NCBI GenBank assembly: GCA_013359235.1
Contig: JABWCE010000009.1
Coordinates: 8,796 to 72,795 of the forward strand
Direction of reading: 5' to 3'
Source of the DNA: Bacteroidota bacterium
GTDB taxonomy: Bacteria; Bacteroidota; Bacteroidia; NS11-12g; UBA9320
Length of the DNA: 64,000 bases
In this document: piece after piece, positions 59,601 to 64,000 of the stretch
Numbering within the stretch: the stretch's first letter is position 1
Layout of the letters: every line of letters starts with the position of its first letter
Made by a program: the position numbers and the translations under genes
Notes under the pieces: model-generated
The model's input: the letters and a program-made list of their open reading frames with translations, nothing else
Database searches by the model: none
Told to the model about the DNA's origin: nothing

Positions 59601-60370
59601 ATTGTCCGGTTTACGATACTGTAAAAGTATTGTATAAAGTTACACCGATAGTTAATCTTGGTAATGATTTGGATATATGCGATAATGTTCCGAACCCTGT
59701 AGTTTTAGATGCGTCAGCAGCAGCAGCCGAAACATATTTGTGGAATACAGGCTCAAGTTCGCCTACAATTTCGGTTTCGGCTCCTGATGCAACTTATTGG
59801 GTGAAAACTTCAAATGGTAATTGCCAATCTGGCGATACCATTAATGTTACATTCCAATACAATCCTGCAACAAATCCTATTATGGATTTCGGATTTTCTG
59901 ATTCAATGTTTTGTAATAATCCCAGAATTTCATACGATTTCACTTCTCCCAATACAAATTATATTTGGCAAGACGGAAATACTTCTCCCAAACGTCAAAT
60001 TACCGAACCCGGTTTATATTGGCTTGTAGCTTCAAACAAATGCGGTAAAGACAGTTTCAGTGTTTTGATTACTGTTGACGAAAATGGTTGCAGATTGATG
60101 TTTCCAACTGCATTTTCACCAAACGACGATGGAACTAATGATAAATGGATGCCACGAGGTCAGGTTATTGAGTGGGTTGAACTTTTGATAATCAACCGCT
60201 GGGGTGAAATAATTTACAAAGGTGACCCTTCAAAAGGTTGGGATGGTAAAACAAGCAGAGGCGAAATGGTGCCCGATGGAGCTTATCCTACGGTTATCTC
60301 TTATCGCAAAGACAATGGAGGCTATGCTAGAATGTACGTTCAGAAAATGCTTATCCACGTAATTAAGTAA
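56606..60370 (+). CDS. T9SS type B (gliding-motility CTD) cargo: beta-propeller, PKD and repeated LG.DT..C Ig-like modules
   Basis: WYFG..AG..F, SSTQS, QLAPDG.IY, WNFGD, repeated N.G.DT..C, C-terminal FPTAFSPNDDG.ND...I.NRWGE...WDG. Confidence 0.88.
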   Translation: MKKSVVLLIFTIFSLNLIAQKEATWWYFGKYAGISFTGTNNAPVNQTNGQMNNSEGVASISNSKGQLIFYTDGEYVYDRTHTLVNSGKRLKGHNSSTQSGVIVQQPGRGNRYWIFTVDEEWGNNGFQYAIYDTSTRKLVPNLDAGNSPSESCRLLCKSLNNKYAPEKVAAVKHSNKVDIWIINHTGGDNDFYVYKLSAKGLDAPIVQSIGPVWSMTGTGAKGYSKGYMKFSPDGTKLICAIAGQQYVGMGGYGNNSGRIEIYDFDNVTGKLSNAQIIDKNNINPSAGKISSVYGIEVSPNGRYLYASFYIPAWSISGSDGGDGLWQLDLLAGGGNADSIGKSCLRIVSSFSTYSGGGMQLAPDGRIYLARSGLGSGAKYLSCIQKPNCRGSDCSFVNNAIDISPRSSQWGVPTFINSFFNKAEFEWGSNAANLCEGQLTKLFITDSTGVDSAKWNFGDTASGSYNTAKGFTVFHKFSSAKTYSVFVQLYRKTTSPDCYADTARKKVTIFPNPKVNIGRDTSVCDGESIVMDATTTNATYIWSNSFTTPVNSASSKGWFWVDVKVGGCTTRDSLYLDVLQFPVISLGNDTLICEYDSIKLTANDGTKYLWSKGDTTSLIWAKDTGMVWLKASNGRCSTFDTLYIKHSKRPYLNIGQDSLLCIGDSLELSAKTQFSKSYLWNDNSTDSVLKVKASGIYWARIKDTLCYSNYDSANITFQTKLSFDIGKDTFICKGGSFVVNAAFSGIKTWKWHDNSTKSTYTATNAGKKWVNVTNGTCKASDTIEIFENTIPPFTLGNDTTLCKGETFNPLSSVLKDIEYTWMGISVTTTFPITNSGKYWVDLRDVPKKVCLFSDTINVTFKNATVINLGNDTSLCKNQTIDLNIAKYAFKKYKWWDGNTSTGVRKTTYSPGTTKYWVEGDDGVCKSSDTIKVTYRLPLSLNVGPDVNLCDNATKDFDLTGTPGATEYEWLSSVGLSLTNMPKYTVNTPGGTFIAKISDGYCPVYDTVKVLYKVTPIVNLGNDLDICDNVPNPVVLDASAAAAETYLWNTGSSSPTISVSAPDATYWVKTSNGNCQSGDTINVTFQYNPATNPIMDFGFSDSMFCNNPRISYDFTSPNTNYIWQDGNTSPKRQITEPGLYWLVASNKCGKDSFSVLITVDENGCRLMFPTAFSPNDDGTNDKWMPRGQVIEWVELLIINRWGEIIYKGDPSKGWDGKTSRGEMVPDGAYPTVISYRKDNGGYARMYVQKMLIHVIK

Positions 60371-60373
60371 GAT

Positions 60374-61621
60374 TTATTTTTTCTTTTCATGAAAACATAA
60401 ATAATCTGCAACAGTAAAAGTACTGCCACCAATAAATATTACATCATTTTTGCCGGCAACTTCTATTGCATGATTTGCTGCATTTACAGTATTTTCAAAT
60501 GTTTTACCAATAATTCCATTTCTTTTAGCTTCGTCATACAAACTATGAGAATCTCTCCCCCTTGGAATCTCTGGTTTGCAAAAATAATATATCGCATTTT
60601 TAGGTAAAAAACCCCAGTATTTAAAGGTTTCTTTGTCATTTACTACCCCAAAAACAATATGCAACTTATCAAATTCCATTTTTAAAAGCTGATTTATTAC
60701 AAGTCTCAAACCTGCTTCGTTGTGGGCAGTGTCGCATATTGTAAGAGGTTTTTTTGAAATTATTTCCCAGCGACCTCGTAAACCTGTAAGTTTTTTGATA
60801 TTTTTTATTGCATAAATATTTTTACTGTCATTTAATTTATAACCCTTTTGTTTCAATATTTCTATACATTGCCAAACTGTATTCATATTTTTCTTTTGAT
60901 AATCACCCTTCAAATCAGATGATATTTTCAGGTTTTTAAAATTTATGTTTTTATCGGCAAAAAATATTTCTGAAGAATTTTCCATAGCTTTTTCTTTGAA
61001 AATATCAGCTATTTGATTTTGAGTTTCGCCAATTACTACAGGTGTATTTTTTTTAATTATACCTGCTTTTTCTTTAGCAATTTTTTCTAGTGTATTTCCC
61101 AATAGAGCAGTGTGGTCAAAACTTATATTTGTTATTACAGAAAGTTCGGGAGTAATAATATTTGTACTGTCAAGTCTGCCGCCAAGTCCTGTCTCTATTA
61201 TAGCAATATCAATATCTTTTTTTGCAAAATAATTAAATGCCAAAGCTACAGTTACCTCAAAAAATGAAGGGTTTATCTCTTCAATTTCAATCTTGTATTT
61301 ATTAATAAAACCGCAAACAAAATTTTTACTTATTTTCTTGCCATTTATTCTTATTCTTTCTCTAAAATCAACAAGATGAGGCGAAGTATAAAGTCCGGTT
61401 TTGTAGCCGTTTGCCTGAAACACAGCCGCTAAAGCATGGGAAACTGAACCCTTCCCATTTGTGCCGGCAACATGAATACATTTAAAACTATTTTGAGGAT
61501 TATAGAGTAAATTGCAAAGTTTTACTGTGTTTTCAATATCGGTTTTATAAGCAGCAGCCCCAATTCTTTGATACATGGGCAACTTGTTGTACAGATATTT
61601 TAAAACATAATCGTAATTCAA
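60374..61621 (-). CDS. folC: Bifunctional folylpolyglutamate synthase/dihydrofolate synthase
   Basis: IHVAGTNGKGS, LYTSPHL.DFRERI, ETGLGGRLDSTN, EKAGIIK, GRW, D.AHN..G. Confidence 0.95.
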   Translation of the reverse strand: MNYDYVLKYLYNKLPMYQRIGAAAYKTDIENTVKLCNLLYNPQNSFKCIHVAGTNGKGSVSHALAAVFQANGYKTGLYTSPHLVDFRERIRINGKKISKNFVCGFINKYKIEIEEINPSFFEVTVALAFNYFAKKDIDIAIIETGLGGRLDSTNIITPELSVITNISFDHTALLGNTLEKIAKEKAGIIKKNTPVVIGETQNQIADIFKEKAMENSSEIFFADKNINFKNLKISSDLKGDYQKKNMNTVWQCIEILKQKGYKLNDSKNIYAIKNIKKLTGLRGRWEIISKKPLTICDTAHNEAGLRLVINQLLKMEFDKLHIVFGVVNDKETFKYWGFLPKNAIYYFCKPEIPRGRDSHSLYDEAKRNGIIGKTFENTVNAANHAIEVAGKNDVIFIGGSTFTVADYLCFHEKKK

Positions 61622-61637
61622 AAAAAATTAAAATAAA

Positions 61638-62543
61638 TTATCTTGTTTTGAATGTAAATTTCACTTTTCCGCAAGTTTCAGAACTCGAGTTGCTAACAGG
61701 ACTATATGTGTTTTCTTTAACAGCTTTTAAAGCCAGATCAATAAAATATTTATCAGTCATTGTGCCACCGAGTAATGGTCTGGCAGATTTAAGCCTTCCA
61801 TCTTTGTAAACACATATTTCAATAATCACAGTACCTGCTCCAGAGCGATTAGTTTCTATATTAAATTCTTTATCGCGTTTAAACCCTGACAAATCAAATT
61901 TTATATTGTTTCCACTGCCTGGTCCTTTACCAGGTCCATCGCCAGGACCATCTCCGGGACCGTCACCAGGTCCATTTCCAGGTCCGTTGCCTGTTCCATT
62001 ACCAGGTCCTCCGTTTCCATCGCCTTTTTGGTTGTTCCCGTCTTTGTCGCCATATACACTGCCATCGGGCCTGCCTTCGTTTCCGGGTTTTGAACCATCG
62101 CCTTTGTTTCCGCCTTTTTTAAATAATCCTTTTGAATCTATCTTTTTTTCGGGAACTGTTGTTACCGGCTTAGTAGGTTTATATACAGGAGGTGTAATTT
62201 TAGGCTTTGTTTCTACGGGTGTTTTAGGTTTTGTTTCTGCTTCTTTGGTAGGTAAAACAGGGGCTTCAGTATTTTCTTCAGTTAAAATTGATTCTTCTGT
62301 TGTTGTTTCGGTTGCAATCGGTTCGGGTTGTTCTTCGGTATATCCGTTTATTTCATCATTTCCACCTAAATCTGGTTCGCCAAGAGATACTTCAAGCCCT
62401 CCAAGTGCTTCACCAATTGAGTTATTTCCACCGCCACCACCGCCTCCAGCTATTTCAGAAAAACTCATCAGAAAAACGCTAAGAAACAGTAATCCATGAA
62501 ATATTACTGTACCTATTAAACCTTTTTGATTTTCAGAGTTCAT
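61638..62543 (-). CDS. TonB-family energy transducer-like protein
   Basis: N-terminal TM helix with T...H motif, acidic and Pro/Lys-rich linker, Gly-rich GPGxG repeats, C-terminal G.V...I.V..DG....A domain. Confidence 0.75.
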   Translation of the reverse strand: MNSENQKGLIGTVIFHGLLFLSVFLMSFSEIAGGGGGGGNNSIGEALGGLEVSLGEPDLGGNDEINGYTEEQPEPIATETTTEESILTEENTEAPVLPTKEAETKPKTPVETKPKITPPVYKPTKPVTTVPEKKIDSKGLFKKGGNKGDGSKPGNEGRPDGSVYGDKDGNNQKGDGNGGPGNGTGNGPGNGPGDGPGDGPGDGPGKGPGSGNNIKFDLSGFKRDKEFNIETNRSGAGTVIIEICVYKDGRLKSARPLLGGTMTDKYFIDLALKAVKENTYSPVSNSSSETCGKVKFTFKTR

Positions 62544-62581
62544 TTTTTTGTATATTTAAAGTTTATTTTGTTCCTAAATTA

Positions 62582-63631
62582 TTAATCAAATACTATATTT
62601 TTTTCAATATTGATATTTTTATATCCGTTTTGTTTTAAGATAACGCTGAAACCTTTGGCTGTATTATGAGTATAAAAAGTTTCTACTGTTATTGAATATC
62701 CTTTTTCTGTTTTTTCGTTTAATCTGGCGTTTAAAAACTCACTTTTTAGTTTAATAAGTATTTTATCGGCTTCTTTTTGGTTATTATAATATCCAACTAT
62801 TACATCATAAGTTTCGTTTGATGTTTGTTGTTGTTGGTTTATTTGTTTAAGTTTTGCTTTCAATTCACCTATTTTTTTGCGTTCGGCATTGAACTCAAGC
62901 TTTTCAATTGTTGTCTTTCTTACCTTTTCTTCCTTTTTTGAATTTGTATCTATATTAAATAATTGTGCTTTTTGCTCGGTTTTATTTTTTGATTTTTCAG
63001 CACTAAAATAATATACTCCAAAAATTAATAATATAGCAACTAATACCAATGATGCTACATTTAGTATTGGCTTTATTGATAAATTTAATGATGGTAATTT
63101 ATATTCAAATTCAGCATTATCAGTTTTAATTTCAAATTCATTTATTAACGTCTCTTCGTCTGTGTTCTCATGATTTTCTGCCGTAAATGTTGAAACTATT
63201 ACATTGTTCAACGATTTGATTTTTACAGGAAACAACCCATAACTCGACTCTAGAAAATTTAAGCCCTGATAGGGAACAAATAGAATTGTATTTTCTGTTG
63301 TCAGGTAAAAAGTTCCTATATTTTTAAAATCAAAACTCTTGTTTTCATTAATTTTTTCTTTAAGGTATAAGCTGAATTTATTTATATCTTCAAGTGCTGA
63401 TTGGTATGAAATATTTTTTGCTTTTGACCAATAATTTACAAGTAATCCGTCGTTTTCAATCAAACTTTGATTAAAGGCGACCTTTTTTGATGAAGGATTT
63501 ATTAAATTTCTGCTTTCTTCGAAACCTGAGCGTTTAAAGTTGGTAATAAAACCTCCAAAATCAGGAATTATAACACAATTATGCTTGTATAGCAAATCAG
63601 GTATTACATCAATCAGATTAATAAATAACAT
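62582..63631 (-). CDS. HU-like (CCDC81-type) N-terminal domains, TM helix and SPOR domain protein
   Basis: LL..H.CVIIP.FGGF, P..K...FN..L..NDGLL, IG.F, YGL, central TM helix, C-terminal Y.VIVG.Y.N...A. Confidence 0.8.
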   Translation of the reverse strand: MLFINLIDVIPDLLYKHNCVIIPDFGGFITNFKRSGFEESRNLINPSSKKVAFNQSLIENDGLLVNYWSKAKNISYQSALEDINKFSLYLKEKINENKSFDFKNIGTFYLTTENTILFVPYQGLNFLESSYGLFPVKIKSLNNVIVSTFTAENHENTDEETLINEFEIKTDNAEFEYKLPSLNLSIKPILNVASLVLVAILLIFGVYYFSAEKSKNKTEQKAQLFNIDTNSKKEEKVRKTTIEKLEFNAERKKIGELKAKLKQINQQQQTSNETYDVIVGYYNNQKEADKILIKLKSEFLNARLNEKTEKGYSITVETFYTHNTAKGFSVILKQNGYKNINIEKNIVFD

Positions 63632-63737
63632 TCGATATATTATTAAAGCAAATAAATGCTTATTCTTTTGAATTCTTTTTGCAACTTATAAACAATTTTA
63701 TAAATTATTGATTTTTAAAAACAGATTTTTTTAAAAT

Positions 63738-64000
63738 CTAAAATTTGAAAGTAATTCCACCAATTCCGTTGATTTTATATACCGGATAATTATACCAAAG
63801 TTGATAATCTTTGTTTGTCAAATTATTTAAGTTTATAAAAATTGAAAGTTTTTTATTCAAATTATAGCCTGCATTTATATTTATATCGGCTATTGGGCTT
63901 AGTTCTTTGCTTTGCCATGCTCCAACAGTTTTTGCATATCTTTTACCTATTACAAAAACATTTGCTCCAAGTGATATTTTACTGTTTAACATGGTCGAAA
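63738..64000 (-). CDS. C-terminal part of an outer-membrane beta-barrel (TonB-dependent receptor-like), truncated by the window end
   Basis: D.N..AGY......SIF...NN..NK.YQ.W.NYPV......GGIT.KF with terminal Phe. Confidence 0.75.
   Translation of the reverse strand, partial: STMLNSKISLGANVFVIGKRYAKTVGAWQSKELSPIADININAGYNLNKKLSIFINLNNLTNKDYQLWYNYPVYKINGIGGITFKF

Noticed and set aside
61906-62499. 197-aa Pro/Gly-rich plus-strand ORF
   Set aside because: Antisense shadow of the low-complexity TonB-like gene

Overview
AT-rich Bacteroidota chromosome segment, judged from TAnnTTTG promoters, T9SS cargo, a tmRNA tag of the GExNxAxAA type and the gene set. Housekeeping genes (yfhO-like, holB, ricT/PSP1, ssrA, typA, tRNA-Asn, sppA, folC, tonB-like) surround accessory regions. 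(1) Directly behind tRNA-Asn is an unannotated GIY-YIG nuclease pseudogene. Its 3' end is a second, mutated copy of the tRNA in which two 10-nt segments are each replaced by a TCCCG-N-CGGGA hairpin; the terminator and the nuclease start are duplicated too. (2) A 25-kb gene pair encodes a 5471-aa beta-helix/CARDB protein with no T9SS signal and a 2874-aa M4 protease/SprB/T9SS protein. Together they look like one giant-protein architecture split in two, and a remote GldN/PorN-like gene lies upstream. (3) A cobalamin riboswitch controls a BtuB/BtuH-like/BtuG-like operon. Divergent from it are a PP-ending leader ORF, a five-hairpin leader and a TonB-dependent receptor. All family calls come from motif recognition by eye; no searches were run.
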